64,000 nucleotides of DNA from an uncultured cyanobacterium (GCA_963718615.1 OY970368.1:192001-256000), one strand, 5' to 3'. Positions 39,906 to 50,762 are shown, numbered from the stretch's first letter. The notes: generated from the sequence alone by a model not told the origin. Program-made: numbers and translations.

Positions 39906-40966
39906 ACTTCTACTCCCTAATCAAAGCTAAAACAGCACTCAACGCTAAAACAGCCACAAAAGCAACGCAATTCAAACAAGAAACAGCACAGGAGGCTTGC
40001 CAGGTTAATTCATCACTCCCTAGAAAATCTTTGAGGGCTCTACTATTTTCTAGGGGATCTCAATCGGTATAAAGAGACTTTCAAGAGTAAAAATTAAGAG
40101 AGTTCCAGGGAACTTTCTGTATCACAGGTTTCCGGACAACCCCCAATACAGTCATCCACCACGTATCTCCCCTTCCCTGAGTTTTGATTCATCCAAGTCT
40201 TTTTTTTTACACCGAGGTTAAACCAACGAAATCATCGAACTTAACAATGTTTTTATAGTTTTCATTATCTCATCTCAACCCTCCCTTAGACTGTTAAACA
40301 GAAGACATCATCTATCTTCCGGTAGAATCTCAATTCTGTACCCTTCTCCATGGGCGATCGCTAGGAACCCATATCGCACATATAGGCCAAGAAAGCGGGA
40401 AAAGAATTGAGCTTTGCATGCCTCTAGACGAGATTAAGCTCCAGTTGTCGGATTAAGCACTTGTCGAAAAGATACCGGAAATAGAAAGAACAACCAAGAC
40501 CCTGAACGAGGAATTGAGCTGGAGACACGAATTTCGTATTAATTGGAAATATCTGTACTCACGTAAAATTACCGCCTTTTTAGGGGACTTCCGCCAGCAT
40601 CAAATGGCTGAATTTATGTGGAATCTGAGTTCTCCTCATTTCATGCAAAGTCTCCAGTTATTTTGACGAGGATTGACTACTTAGCGTAATTTTTCGCTAC
40701 AGCAACTCAGTGGAGAAAAACTCGACAAAGATAGCAAGTGACCACCCTGAAAGGCTTGGAGATTTAGCATAAAATCCCTTATCTAAGGAACCACAGTTAC
40801 TTCCAATACATTGTGATTTGAGTCACAGGCTTTTTCCTCAACAGTTTTTCCTCAACAGCCAGATTAGCTTCCCCCTGTGCCCTGTGCCCTGCGCGCCCGT
40901 CCGCAGCAGAACCCGTATAAGATCCAGGCAGGACATCTCCACCGATTCTATGCTCCGCTGGTTCTT

Positions 40967-41899
40967 ATGACTTTACCCCTGCCGTTAATTCCCGCCCCAC
41001 CTGAGGGGTTCCGTGCTGGTTTTGTTGGGTTGATTGGGCGGCCCAATGTGGGCAAGTCCACGCTGATGAATCGGCTGGTGGGTCAGAAGGTCGCGATCAC
41101 TTCGCCTGTGGCCCAAACGACCCGGAACCGGCTCCAGGGGATTTTGACGACGGATCAGGCTCAGTTCATTTTTGTCGATACGCCAGGGATTCATAAACCT
41201 CATCATGAGCTGGGTAAGGTTTTGGTGAAAAATGCGCGGGCGGCGATCGAGGCGGTGGATGTGGTGCTGTTTATGGTGGATGGGTCGGTGCCGATGGGGG
41301 GGGGCGATCGCTTCATTGCCGATCTCCTCACCAAGGCTCAGATCCCCGCCCTACTGGGCCTCAATAAACTGGACCAGCAACCGGAGGATAAGGCAGAAGC
41401 CATCGACCAGTCCTATCAAGATCTGGCAACGGCTCAAAACTGGCCCCTGCTGAAGTTTTCGGCGCTGGAGGGCGATGGCTGTGAGGCCCTCCTGGCAACG
41501 CTGTACGATCGCCTTGATCCCGGCCCCTATTACTATCCCCCTGATTTAGTCACGGACCAGCCGGAGCGGTTTATTATGGGCGAGCTGATTCGGGAGCAGG
41601 TGCTGATGCTAACGCGGGAGGAGGTGCCCCATTCTGTGGCAGTGGTGATCGACCGGGTGGATGAGGACGAGACGATTACGCGGGTCCTGGCGACGATTCA
41701 TGTGGAGCGGTCATCCCAGAAGGGAATTTTGATTGGCAAACGGGGCAGCATGCTGAAGGAAATTGGCACGGAGGCGCGCCAGCAGATGCAAAAGCTCATT
41801 GCGGGAAAGGTCTACCTGGAGCTATTTGTCAAAGTTCAGCCCAAATGGCGACAGTCCCGGTTGCAGTTAGAGGAATTAGGCTATCAGGTGGAGGCTTAG
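40967..41899 (+). CDS. era: GTPase Era
   Basis: GRPNVGKST, QTTR, DTPG, NKLD, KH domain with SQKGILIGK.G. Confidence 0.97.
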   Translation: MTLPLPLIPAPPEGFRAGFVGLIGRPNVGKSTLMNRLVGQKVAITSPVAQTTRNRLQGILTTDQAQFIFVDTPGIHKPHHELGKVLVKNARAAIEAVDVVLFMVDGSVPMGGGDRFIADLLTKAQIPALLGLNKLDQQPEDKAEAIDQSYQDLATAQNWPLLKFSALEGDGCEALLATLYDRLDPGPYYYPPDLVTDQPERFIMGELIREQVLMLTREEVPHSVAVVIDRVDEDETITRVLATIHVERSSQKGILIGKRGSMLKEIGTEARQQMQKLIAGKVYLELFVKVQPKWRQSRLQLEELGYQVEA

Positions 41900-42015
41900 A
41901 CAGAGGCTTCACTTCCATTAGAGGCGTTGAACTTGGCCCCTTGGGGTGCGACACTCTTAGGAAGCCATTTTGGACCCGTTAGTTTACCTGTACGCCCTTT
42001 GTAAACCCTTGGCCT

Positions 42016-42549
42016 ATGAACATTCTGGAATTTTTTGACCAAAGCGTCGGTAAGTGGTTCTCCCAGCGCACCAGCTATCAGCTCGCGCAGAAAAATCAGT
42101 GGCATCAGTCGGACAAGACCGATGTGTTCATCGAGGCCCTGGGGCAAGGGGTGTCGGAATTAGAGCGGCTTTGTCTGCTCAGCAAGCTTGATCCGGCCCA
42201 GGCCCTTGGGGGGCTGAAGGTGGAGTGGAAGCAGACGCTGTTGCAAAAGGCGGGATCGTCCTATGTGGTGGCGATCGCCCCTTCTCCCAACGATGCCGAA
42301 GGCCTCCTCCTCCGTAGCACCCTTGGCCCTGGCCAGTCGCCGGTTTTGGGTCGGTATATCGTGAATCCTGACGATAGCCTCACCCTGATCTCCGAGAAGG
42401 ATGATCTCTACGTCGAGGAACGGCTTTGGTTTGCTTCTCCTAACCTACGGCTGCGCACGAGCCTGATGCGCCACGGGGCAGATGGCTTTGAGAACAGCTC
42501 GTTCTATTCGGAAATTCGGATGATTCCCCCTCCTGAGAAGGCGGCGTAG
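42016..42549 (+). CDS. cpcS: CpcS/CpeS-type phycobiliprotein lyase
   Basis: EFF..S.GKWFSQRT, EERLWFASPNLRLR, SFYSEIR. Confidence 0.85.
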   Translation: MNILEFFDQSVGKWFSQRTSYQLAQKNQWHQSDKTDVFIEALGQGVSELERLCLLSKLDPAQALGGLKVEWKQTLLQKAGSSYVVAIAPSPNDAEGLLLRSTLGPGQSPVLGRYIVNPDDSLTLISEKDDLYVEERLWFASPNLRLRTSLMRHGADGFENSSFYSEIRMIPPPEKAA

Positions 42550-42608
42550 GCGGGTTCACTTCAGGCCGGTTTAATTCAGGTCGGTTTAATTCAGGTAGGG
42601 ACAGGGTC

Positions 42609-44447
42609 ATGGTTCAGGCTTCGATGGCAATAGGAATGGGAAGAATTCTCTGGGGTCCTGTGTTAGGGGCTGTGGTCTTCGGCATAGTGCTGGGGGCGAT
42701 CGCTCAAACCGCCCAGGCCCAAACCGCCCAGGCCCAAACTGCCCAGGTTCCCCAGCCCAGCACCCAACCCCTCTTCCTCGCCTATCCCCCGGCCAATCAC
42801 GAAACCACGTCCGATCGCATTTTTCTCATCGGTTCTGCAGCTCCAGGGGGACCCGTCACGGTTAATGGTCAGCCCGTCAAACGCAGTCAGGGCGGTCACT
42901 TTGCCCCTTCATTTCCGCTTCAGATGGGCGAGAATCAGTTCACGCTCCGCCATGGTTCCGAGGAACTGAGGTTGATGGTCACCCGATTGGATTCGACGCC
43001 AGCAGTGCCTCGGGGGTTAGCCTTTGGCAAGGATTCGCTGGTGCCTGGGGTGGATATTGCTCGGCAGGTGGGGGAGCGGGTTTGTTTTGGGGCGATCGCC
43101 CCTCCCCAATCCCAGGTCGCGGTTAAGCTGGGCAATCAAAGCCTGCTGCTAACCCCAGTCAACGGTGCCGTAGACCTACCGGCCAACTCAGCCATTTTGA
43201 CGGGCCGCAATGCTCCCACAGCCCAAGCCCCAGGGGGACAGTACCAAGCCTGTACCCGCTTTAGTCAAGCCTTAACGATTCAGCCTGTGTATCAACTCAC
43301 CCGCCAGGGCCAGACCCAAACTACGCCTGCACCGGGAAAGCTAGAAATTCTCTCCCCGGAAACGATTACCATCGCGACCGTAACCCCAGACCAAGGGGTG
43401 GCCCGAACGGGACCCAGCACGAATTATTCGCGGCTAACACCTCTCCCCCAGGGCACGCAAGCAGCGGTAACGGGGAAAGAAGGGGATTGGGTCCGGTTAG
43501 ATTACGGTGCTTGGATCAAGGCCAGCGAAGTCTCACTCAGCCCGGCCCCAGTGCCGCCGGAGACCGTGATTCGCAGTTTGAGCAGCAGCGTTAAGGGAGA
43601 CTGGACAGAGGTGGTGTTTCCGCTGCAAACACCCGTGCCCATTCGCATTCGCCAGGATACGCGCAGCCTGACGCTGACGTTGCACAACACCACGGCCCAG
43701 ACGGACACGATTTACACAAGCCAGGATCCGCTGATTGAGCGGCTGGACTGGAGTCAGCCGCGACCGGGTGAGGTTGATTACACCATTCATTTCAAGACGC
43801 CCCAGCAGTGGGGATTCAAAACGCGGTATGAAGGCACCAGTTTGATTTTGTCGCTGCGGCATCCGCCCAAGACCACTTCGTCCCTACGGGGGGTAAAAAT
43901 TTTTATTGACCCCGGTCATGGCAGCGTCAATGATTTGGGGGCACGGGGTCCCAATGGCTATCCCGAAAAGGATGTGGCGCTGAAGGTGTCGAAGCTGGTA
44001 CGGGATGAGCTGCAAAAACGCGGTGCGACGGTCGTGATGGCGCGGGAGGGGGATGATGATTTATATCCTCAGGATCGGGTCGATCGCATGATAGTTGCCG
44101 AGCCCAATTTGGCCCTTAGCATTCACTACAATGCCTTACCGGACAATGGCGACGCGGAAAATACCCAGGGCATTGGCACGTTTTGGTACCAGCCCCAAGC
44201 CCATGATTTGGCTCAGTTTCTCCATGATTATTTGACCCAAAAACTCGATCGCAAATCCTACGGTGTGTTTTGGAATAATTTGGCCCTGACGCGACCAAGC
44301 CTGACGCCAGCGGTGTTGCTGGAGCTGGGATTTATGATTAATCCTGAGGAGTTTGAGTGGATTGTGGATGACAAGGCTCAAACGCAGTTAGCGAAGACGT
44401 TGGCAGACGGGGTGATGCTGTGGGTACAGCGGACCGGGGGATCCTAG
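42609..44447 (+). CDS. N-acetylmuramoyl-L-alanine amidase (Amidase_3) with SH3-like domain
   Basis: Signal peptide; RTGPS...W SH3-like segment; IDPGHG, EK, SIHYNA, LLELGF. Confidence 0.92.
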   Translation: MVQASMAIGMGRILWGPVLGAVVFGIVLGAIAQTAQAQTAQAQTAQVPQPSTQPLFLAYPPANHETTSDRIFLIGSAAPGGPVTVNGQPVKRSQGGHFAPSFPLQMGENQFTLRHGSEELRLMVTRLDSTPAVPRGLAFGKDSLVPGVDIARQVGERVCFGAIAPPQSQVAVKLGNQSLLLTPVNGAVDLPANSAILTGRNAPTAQAPGGQYQACTRFSQALTIQPVYQLTRQGQTQTTPAPGKLEILSPETITIATVTPDQGVARTGPSTNYSRLTPLPQGTQAAVTGKEGDWVRLDYGAWIKASEVSLSPAPVPPETVIRSLSSSVKGDWTEVVFPLQTPVPIRIRQDTRSLTLTLHNTTAQTDTIYTSQDPLIERLDWSQPRPGEVDYTIHFKTPQQWGFKTRYEGTSLILSLRHPPKTTSSLRGVKIFIDPGHGSVNDLGARGPNGYPEKDVALKVSKLVRDELQKRGATVVMAREGDDDLYPQDRVDRMIVAEPNLALSIHYNALPDNGDAENTQGIGTFWYQPQAHDLAQFLHDYLTQKLDRKSYGVFWNNLALTRPSLTPAVLLELGFMINPEEFEWIVDDKAQTQLAKTLADGVMLWVQRTGGS

Positions 44448-44457
44448 TCCCGGTGAC

Positions 44458-45130
44458 CAGTTGTGGATAGTGACCTGGGGCGATCGCTGTCCAATGCGAT
44501 CAATCCGGCCAATGCGTTGTTCAACGCGCATTGGGTTCCAGGGCATATCGTAGTTGAACAGGACGGCAGAGGTTTGTAAGTTCAGGCCCTCACTGGCAGA
44601 CTCGGTGCAGAGCAGAACTTTGATCTCGCCGTTGCGGAAGCGTTGTTTGATGGTTTCCTTGGGAAGATTGATCCAGTTATTCCCCTGCAAGTGCTCGCCG
44701 CCACGTCCGGAGTAACAGGCGAGCTGGTTACCGTAGAGTTGGCGGAACTGCTCCCGCAGGAAACCCATGGTGTCGGTGTACTGAGTGAAAATGATGGCGC
44801 TTTCGTGCTGGCTGAGTTCCTGGCGCAACAGCGTAATCAAATGGGAAAACTTGGAGTCTTCGCCCGTATTCTCAAATTGGTGCAATAGCGCTTCAAGGTA
44901 CTCAATCTCTCTCGGATCCACGGGTTCTAGGTAGCCCTCTAGGCCATCCAAGATGGCATCATCTGAGGATTTTGAGCTGGTGGGGCCAGGGGGTGATGGG
45001 GATGGAGTCGAGGCAATATTGCAAACAGCCGGGGGAGTTGGGGAGATCCGCCAGTTGGCGAAATTGCTCCCGTTCCCATTCAAGGTCTGGGGGAGCAGGG
45101 CTGTCTGGGGGTGATTCTGGGGGTGATTCT
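44458..45130 (-). pseudogene. SNF2-family helicase remnant with internal deletion and frameshift
   Basis: PWPHQ segment in one frame joined to IIFTQYTDT, SEGLNLQ, YDMPWNPMRVEQRIGRIDR in another; no Walker A/DEAH lobe. Confidence 0.8.
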
Positions 45131-45821
45131 GATGGCCCAAAACTCACCATTGACGCTGTTATAGCCAAAGGCCATATGCACCGGGCCATAGCACTCACCT
45201 TTATGGAGTTTAACGGTGTGCCAACAGAGGGCCTCCCCGCGCTGAAGATGAATATCCTTCAATTGGCACCACCCGTGACCGGCCCGCCAAATCCAAGTAT
45301 TTCGCTTGACCCGAATCCGGTAGTGCCACCCTAACTGAGTCGTCATAGCGGTCATGGCATCAGTGTGAATAAAACCCCGGTCGGCGAGCACAACCACCTT
45401 CACCCCCTGAGGCAATCGGTTGGTGGCTTGGTGCAGCATCTCCTGATACTCGCTGAAGGCAACCGAGGCACTGCGGTGCTTGAGCACTCGCCAGACCACG
45501 GGCAACGCCCGACCTCGGTGCACAACCGCCAGGCGGACTAAGCAATACTGAGCCCAAAAGAGCGAGGTGTCCAAGCTCAGATACAAACACTCCTCACCCC
45601 AATCCGCTAATGCCTTGTATCAACGGTTTGTACAGGCGGTGGACGTTCAAACGACTGTTATGCAACCAGCGGCTTAAACGCCGTTGTTTACTTTGCGCCT
45701 GCACCCCTCGACAGGGGACATAGGGCAGCCACCGCGTCAGGCTAATCTCTCCTCGCTGCAGCAAGGCCACCACACAGCAAGGTACTCCGGCTCTCAAAAT
45801 CAACTTTTGTCAGTCAACCAG
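45131..45821 (-). mobile_element. Truncated, frameshifted IS4-like transposase with one probable terminal end
   Basis: LSLDTS, GRALP..W, VLADRGF DDE motifs; N-terminal part in another frame (45594-45803); candidate end CTGGTTGACTGACAAAA at 45821. Confidence 0.8.
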
Positions 45822-46098
45822 CTGTGCAACTGATTGACTCTCCCTGCGATGTGAAGACAAGAACTTGAACAAAGCGTACGACTTACTAAGCGGAATTTGT
45901 GTCAATCTGACCAATAGGATGAAGCTCCAATGGGCGTTGGTTTTTTAAAAGAAGCAAGATAAATGGATCAAGGTCGTAATGACGCCTTGGAAGTTTAGCG
46001 ATTGTGTTTACACTAGCAAAATATACCTTTTTGAGGAGGTTTCAGCATTTCCGGGCCATGAGAATTAATCTAGAATCTTCCCTATCGACGGTACATTC

Positions 46099-47556
46099 GT
46101 GCATCCTTCTCACCAGCGAATTCGTATTCAGTCGCCAGATGTTGACTCAATACGCCGATTGATCGATCACACTTACCTACAGCAGTGTCATCTTGATCTC
46201 AATTCTAAACAAGCGCACTTACATTTACCCAAAACAGGATTGGAACCAGACTCTTCATTACAGCTAGAGCAGCCTCCACTAACAGCACAGCCGCCGCTTC
46301 CGTTCTGTCGTATCAGCGTTGTCATACCGGTGCGGAACGAAGCAGAACGTTTACCCCGTGCGATCGGCGCACTTGCGTCCCAGATCGACGATACCGGACA
46401 GCAGCTCAATCCGTCCTGCTATGAGGTATTGCTCGTTGCAAATAACTGTACCGACCAAACCGTTGAGGTAGCACAGCAGCTAAGTAAACGTTATCCACTC
46501 TTGCAGCTACACATTATCGAAATTGCTTTACCAAAAGAAGTTGCCTGTGTTGGCAAGGCTCGTCAAATTGCGATGAATGAAGCCTATCGCAGGCTATCAC
46601 TCATCGGGCTAGAAGATCGCATTATTGCCTCCACAGACGGGGATACTGAAGTGGCACCTAATTGGATTCACTCGCTGTTCTGCGAGTTTGCAACGGGCGT
46701 AGATGCAGTTGGCGGACGTATCATTACTCAGCGACAAAATCAATCTGAGTTCAGCACTGAAGTATCGCTTTACTATTTACGTCGTTTGGCTCATGCCTAT
46801 CTTGCTGCTCAAATCGCATGTCTACTGGATCCGCAATTGCACGACTGTTGGCCTCGTCACTTTCAGTATTGCGGAGCTAACATGGCGGTCTCAGCCCAGA
46901 TCTATGGTCAGATCGGAGGAATACCGTTTGTTAGGGATGAGGAAGACGTTGCGCTCTATCGCCGATTGCAAAGCGCCGATGCCAAGATTCGCCACAGTCT
47001 TAATGTGCGCGTGCAGACCAGTGCTCGGCTGCTCGGAAGAGCAACCGGCGGACTATCTGCACTACTAACGACGCTATCCTATGTAACTCAGGAGCAGCGA
47101 ACGGTTTGGGTAGAGTCACCTCAGGTGACGGAAGCTCGTATTGTCTTGAATCGAGCTCTCAGAAAAGTCTGGTTAACCTTGCAAGGAGGATATATCTCCA
47201 GCATTCGCGAGTACGAGAGGGTAACAACGCTCCTCGCGAGAAGTATCGGTTTACCAGACTCTCAGCTACGACAGCAAATTGAAACTTCTCCGACATTTGG
47301 TGAGCTTGTAGCAACGCTCGCGGCTAAGCAAGCGGAACAGTTGGATTTGAGTCGATTTGACCAAACCACCGAAATTAGCATTGCCAATATGCATTTGCGC
47401 CAGCGGCTCCAGCAGGCTCGGCAGACCATCAGTCAATCGGGCGCATTGCCGCAGCCAGCGTCAAAGTCGCTGTATGTACAATCACATGCACGCCTGATTT
47501 TAGAAGCGCTCCAGCAGGTCCAGGCGATACCGCTCCTCCCGCCGACTTACTCGTAA
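46099..47556 (+). CDS. Family 2 glycosyltransferase
   Basis: VVIPVRNE, NNCTD, STDGD, GANMAV, EEDVAL, TSAR..GRA. Confidence 0.88.
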   Translation: MHPSHQRIRIQSPDVDSIRRLIDHTYLQQCHLDLNSKQAHLHLPKTGLEPDSSLQLEQPPLTAQPPLPFCRISVVIPVRNEAERLPRAIGALASQIDDTGQQLNPSCYEVLLVANNCTDQTVEVAQQLSKRYPLLQLHIIEIALPKEVACVGKARQIAMNEAYRRLSLIGLEDRIIASTDGDTEVAPNWIHSLFCEFATGVDAVGGRIITQRQNQSEFSTEVSLYYLRRLAHAYLAAQIACLLDPQLHDCWPRHFQYCGANMAVSAQIYGQIGGIPFVRDEEDVALYRRLQSADAKIRHSLNVRVQTSARLLGRATGGLSALLTTLSYVTQEQRTVWVESPQVTEARIVLNRALRKVWLTLQGGYISSIREYERVTTLLARSIGLPDSQLRQQIETSPTFGELVATLAAKQAEQLDLSRFDQTTEISIANMHLRQRLQQARQTISQSGALPQPASKSLYVQSHARLILEALQQVQAIPLLPPTYS

Positions 47557-48144
47557 TCTATAAAGGCTGCCGACCTGGTCGAGGAAGGCTTCGTGAACCT
47601 GATCGCCGGTGATAGGATAGTCTTCGACAAAAGGCGTCCAGTGGACGAGAACCAGGTGTCCACCTGGCTCTAGATGTTCGGCGATCTTCTTCTGGGCCAT
47701 TTGTAGGTCTGACCCTCCCCAGTAGTAGCCTACCTCTGAAACCAGGGTTAAATCAAAAGTCTGGGAGGGATAATTGTGTGGCACCTGCATCATATCAAAC
47801 TGGACATGGGAGAGCGATTGACAGCGCTCTTTTGCCCTGACCTGAGCCTGTTCTGAAACATCAACCGAGAGCAAAGACTGACAGCGAGCCGCTAGCTTTT
47901 GGGTGAGGACACCAATGGACCCCCCAATTTCAAAGGCAGAGCGGTATTGCTGTCTGGGCAACGCCGCCAGGGTTGCCGCATACTTTTTGGCTTCGTACTC
48001 ACTCGTTTCAAAGTCCCAGGGATCAATATTGGCCGCATACATTTTTTCGAAGTACTCGGGCTGTACGGAAGCGGCATCCAAGTGCTTTGAATCCTGCGGG
48101 GAACCCGGTGAGACATCTTTAGAAGGTGGGGAAGCGAAAGGCAT
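47500..48144 (-). CDS. NodS-like SAM-dependent methyltransferase
   Basis: YFEKMY...DPWDF..S.YE..KY, EIGGSIG, SEVGYY, LVHW. Confidence 0.88.
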   Translation of the reverse strand: MPFASPPSKDVSPGSPQDSKHLDAASVQPEYFEKMYAANIDPWDFETSEYEAKKYAATLAALPRQQYRSAFEIGGSIGVLTQKLAARCQSLLSVDVSEQAQVRAKERCQSLSHVQFDMMQVPHNYPSQTFDLTLVSEVGYYWGGSDLQMAQKKIAEHLEPGGHLVLVHWTPFVEDYPITGDQVHEAFLDQVGSLYRLRVSRREERYRLDLLERF

Positions 48145-48869
48145 TAGCGGACCTCTAGGTAAGTTTCGTAGGGCTGAATGAGATTGTTTAGCATTTCGGC
48201 GGTGAGTCGAAAGCCGTTCGGATCGTCCTGAATCAGGTCAGTCGTTTGGGAGCGGTATGCCATTGCGGCGTCAAGCTTAAGACGCATGACTGAGGCGATG
48301 TCCAACCGCCAGCCCTGTTCACCGGGAGGTAAGCAGCGCAGACCCGCAGCGCGATCGCCCCAGATGGAATAGGCTAGCTGTGTCGGGGGGGGTGACCAAG
48401 CGCTTGAACAGTGCTGAACAATATGCCAAGTGGCCTGATGATCGCAGTGCTGATCGAACTGCCAGGGCGAGAGCAGGAGGTCCGGTCGGTAGGGTTTGAG
48501 AATACGATCAAAATCTTCTACTGCCTTCAGAAACTGAGGCTGTCCCGGCTGAGGCACGGCTGTATCTGGCCACCTCAAAAATGTAATGTGGCTTTCTGGA
48601 ACCTCCAGGATTTTGAGGGCGGCAAGGGCTTCTTCTTCTCTGAGTGCTCTAAGCTTGCGAGGAGGAAACTGCTGAGAGTTGGGGTGAGACTGAGCGCCGT
48701 CACTCACAACTACAACCCGGACAGAAACCTGATTCTGCCGAAAAAGGGCGATCGCCCCCCCGCAGCCCAACGTTTCATCGTCAGGATGGGGAGCCACTAC
48801 CGCAACCCGACGAAAACGTAGCAGCAGATCTTCAATCGGTTTAAGCGGCAGCGAGGCGATTACTACCAT
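48144..48869 (-). CDS. PIG-L family deacetylase
   Basis: APHPDDETLGCGG, SDG..SH, HCDH, YRSQ. Confidence 0.92.
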   Translation of the reverse strand: MVVIASLPLKPIEDLLLRFRRVAVVAPHPDDETLGCGGAIALFRQNQVSVRVVVVSDGAQSHPNSQQFPPRKLRALREEEALAALKILEVPESHITFLRWPDTAVPQPGQPQFLKAVEDFDRILKPYRPDLLLSPWQFDQHCDHQATWHIVQHCSSAWSPPPTQLAYSIWGDRAAGLRCLPPGEQGWRLDIASVMRLKLDAAMAYRSQTTDLIQDDPNGFRLTAEMLNNLIQPYETYLEVR

Positions 48870-50077
48870 AGCGCTCTCGCAGGCGGGGTCTGCGATAAAA
48901 CGTATGACCCGACATCGGTCAGCGAGGCATCAAAGGCAGGCTGTCTGAGATACAGCGTCAAGTCTCGAATGATTCTTTCCATTGGATGCGGCGGCAACAA
49001 ACCCTGCGTTCCAATGCAGCGCTCTGCTAGCTGCATCATGTCTATGCAGATCTGTTCAATTGCAGTTCGAACCATATTGCAGTAGCTGACGAGCCTTGAC
49101 CAATCCGAGCGATTCTGAACCGGCATGTCACCGAAAACATCAGCATAGGCTTCAATCTGGGCTGCGCTGCCTCGCAGCCAGAGGTTGCCCTGTTCGAGTG
49201 CGATCGCCATCTTCCCTAGGCGAGCCTGCTGGTGAGGGTGCTCCGTTCGTCCCAAATCCTGTAAATACTTCCGCGTAGCGTCAAATAGAGCCTCCGCACC
49301 GCCTAGCTGCACCGCCGCAAAACGTACAACGCCACCGCTTAGCCAAGGCTGACGGAAGTAGTCGCCTGGCGCGCCGATCAGCTCGCCGGGTCCTAGCTCT
49401 ACACCGGTAAAATCAACTTTGTAGCTTGCGGAGGCCCGCATCCCTGAAGGCTGCCACCAGTCTGGATCTATAGCAACTGTTACCTTCTCCATCGGAACGA
49501 TACACATCTGCCAGGTGCCGTCCGGCAGCGCACCATTCACAAAGGGCCGCTCAACATAGCCGCAGCCCGAACAAAAGGTTTTGCTGCCTTCCAGTCGATA
49601 GCGCCCTCCTTCTAGCGCCTGTAGCTTTACGCCATCAGCAGCTTCAGCATTCCAGATGCCGAAGGCTCGTCCTGCTTTCGCGTCCTGGGCAAAAGCTCGA
49701 ATCTGCGCGGGCGTGCCAAAGGTCTGAACTAGCTGAAGCCCGTTGACATGTCCTTCGAACACTCGTCCTAGTGCCAAATTACCCCGACCTATCTGTTTAA
49801 GAATTTGTAGGAGTCGCTCCGTTTGATTGGCTCGAAATCCGAGTCCCAGTCCTCCCAAGTCCTCTCTGAGTGGCGCGATTAGCAATCCGGCTTCTGTAAG
49901 CCCTTGGAAAGAGCGGCGAGGAAATCCCCCGATCTTATCTACCGATGCTGCTTCTGAAGCTGCAACATCGGCAATTTGAACCGCAACCTCAAAGAGCTGA
50001 TCAGGAGAGGAAAAAGGAGACGATTGTACAGTAGGCTCGCGGCGTTGAAGTTGAGATTGAACAGATGCAACAGTCAT
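48863..50077 (-). CDS. Acyl-CoA dehydrogenase family protein (probable start MTVASV)
   Basis: GRVFEGHVN, LEGSKTFCSG, GMRASAS, RDLTLYLRQP. Confidence 0.85.
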   Translation of the reverse strand: MTVASVQSQLQRREPTVQSSPFSSPDQLFEVAVQIADVAASEAASVDKIGGFPRRSFQGLTEAGLLIAPLREDLGGLGLGFRANQTERLLQILKQIGRGNLALGRVFEGHVNGLQLVQTFGTPAQIRAFAQDAKAGRAFGIWNAEAADGVKLQALEGGRYRLEGSKTFCSGCGYVERPFVNGALPDGTWQMCIVPMEKVTVAIDPDWWQPSGMRASASYKVDFTGVELGPGELIGAPGDYFRQPWLSGGVVRFAAVQLGGAEALFDATRKYLQDLGRTEHPHQQARLGKMAIALEQGNLWLRGSAAQIEAYADVFGDMPVQNRSDWSRLVSYCNMVRTAIEQICIDMMQLAERCIGTQGLLPPHPMERIIRDLTLYLRQPAFDASLTDVGSYVLSQTPPARALW

Positions 50078-50185
50078 AGTTGTGGTGGTTGTAAAGCGCT
50101 CGCAGATAAAAGGTCTAGCATTAACTCGGAGAGTTATGAGAAGCCAGGTAAGACCGTTTTCCCCAGTTCTCTCAGTCGATTCAAA

Positions 50186-50266
50186 ATACCCTTCCTTCGG
50201 CAAACAAGCTGCACAAACAAGTCCGTTGTGGCCAGCACCTATCACAACAACATCGTAACTTTCCAT
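50186..50266 (-). pseudogene. N-terminal fragment of a phytoene-dehydrogenase/CrtO-like FAD oxidoreductase
   Basis: MESYDVVVIGAGHNGLVCAA Rossmann motif, then loss of similarity. Confidence 0.6.
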
Positions 50267-50562
50267 GCAGTCAGTTCCCTTCGCAGGAGTGAGATACGCC
50301 TATGACAAGCGCTGCTTCCTAATTAACAGAGATTTTCATGCTCGACGCTCTATCGAAATACAGAGATGCGGGATGGGAAAGGTTTCACTTAGAAGATATT
50401 CAGAAAGTAAGAAAAAACTCATGCCAGTCCACGTAGCATGAGTCTGACCCGATGTTGCCTCGGGCAGCTATTCCCCTAGGGAAAGAATATCAATCGTCAG
50501 AGCATATACCGCCGCGCGATTGGGTGGATGAGCGTCAAGACCAAGCTTCAGACCTAGAGTGG

Positions 50563-50762
50563 GCCATCGATTGGGAAATCATGAAAGACCGATACTGGAA
50601 CGATACAGACGAGGATGGCGATCGCAAACGTCGCCGCCAAGCGGAATTTCTGGTCCATCAAGCCGTACCCTGGTCACTAGTCCGCGCCGTCTGCGTCATC
50701 GATGCCAATATCTCCGCCCAAGTGAAACAAATTTTGCAACAGCACAGCCAAAACACGGCGGT
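50563..50762 (+). pseudogene. darT: DarT (DUF4433) ADP-ribosyltransferase toxin, C-terminal remnant
   Basis: IDWEIM...YW.DT.EDGDRKRRRQAEFLVH. Confidence 0.75.
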
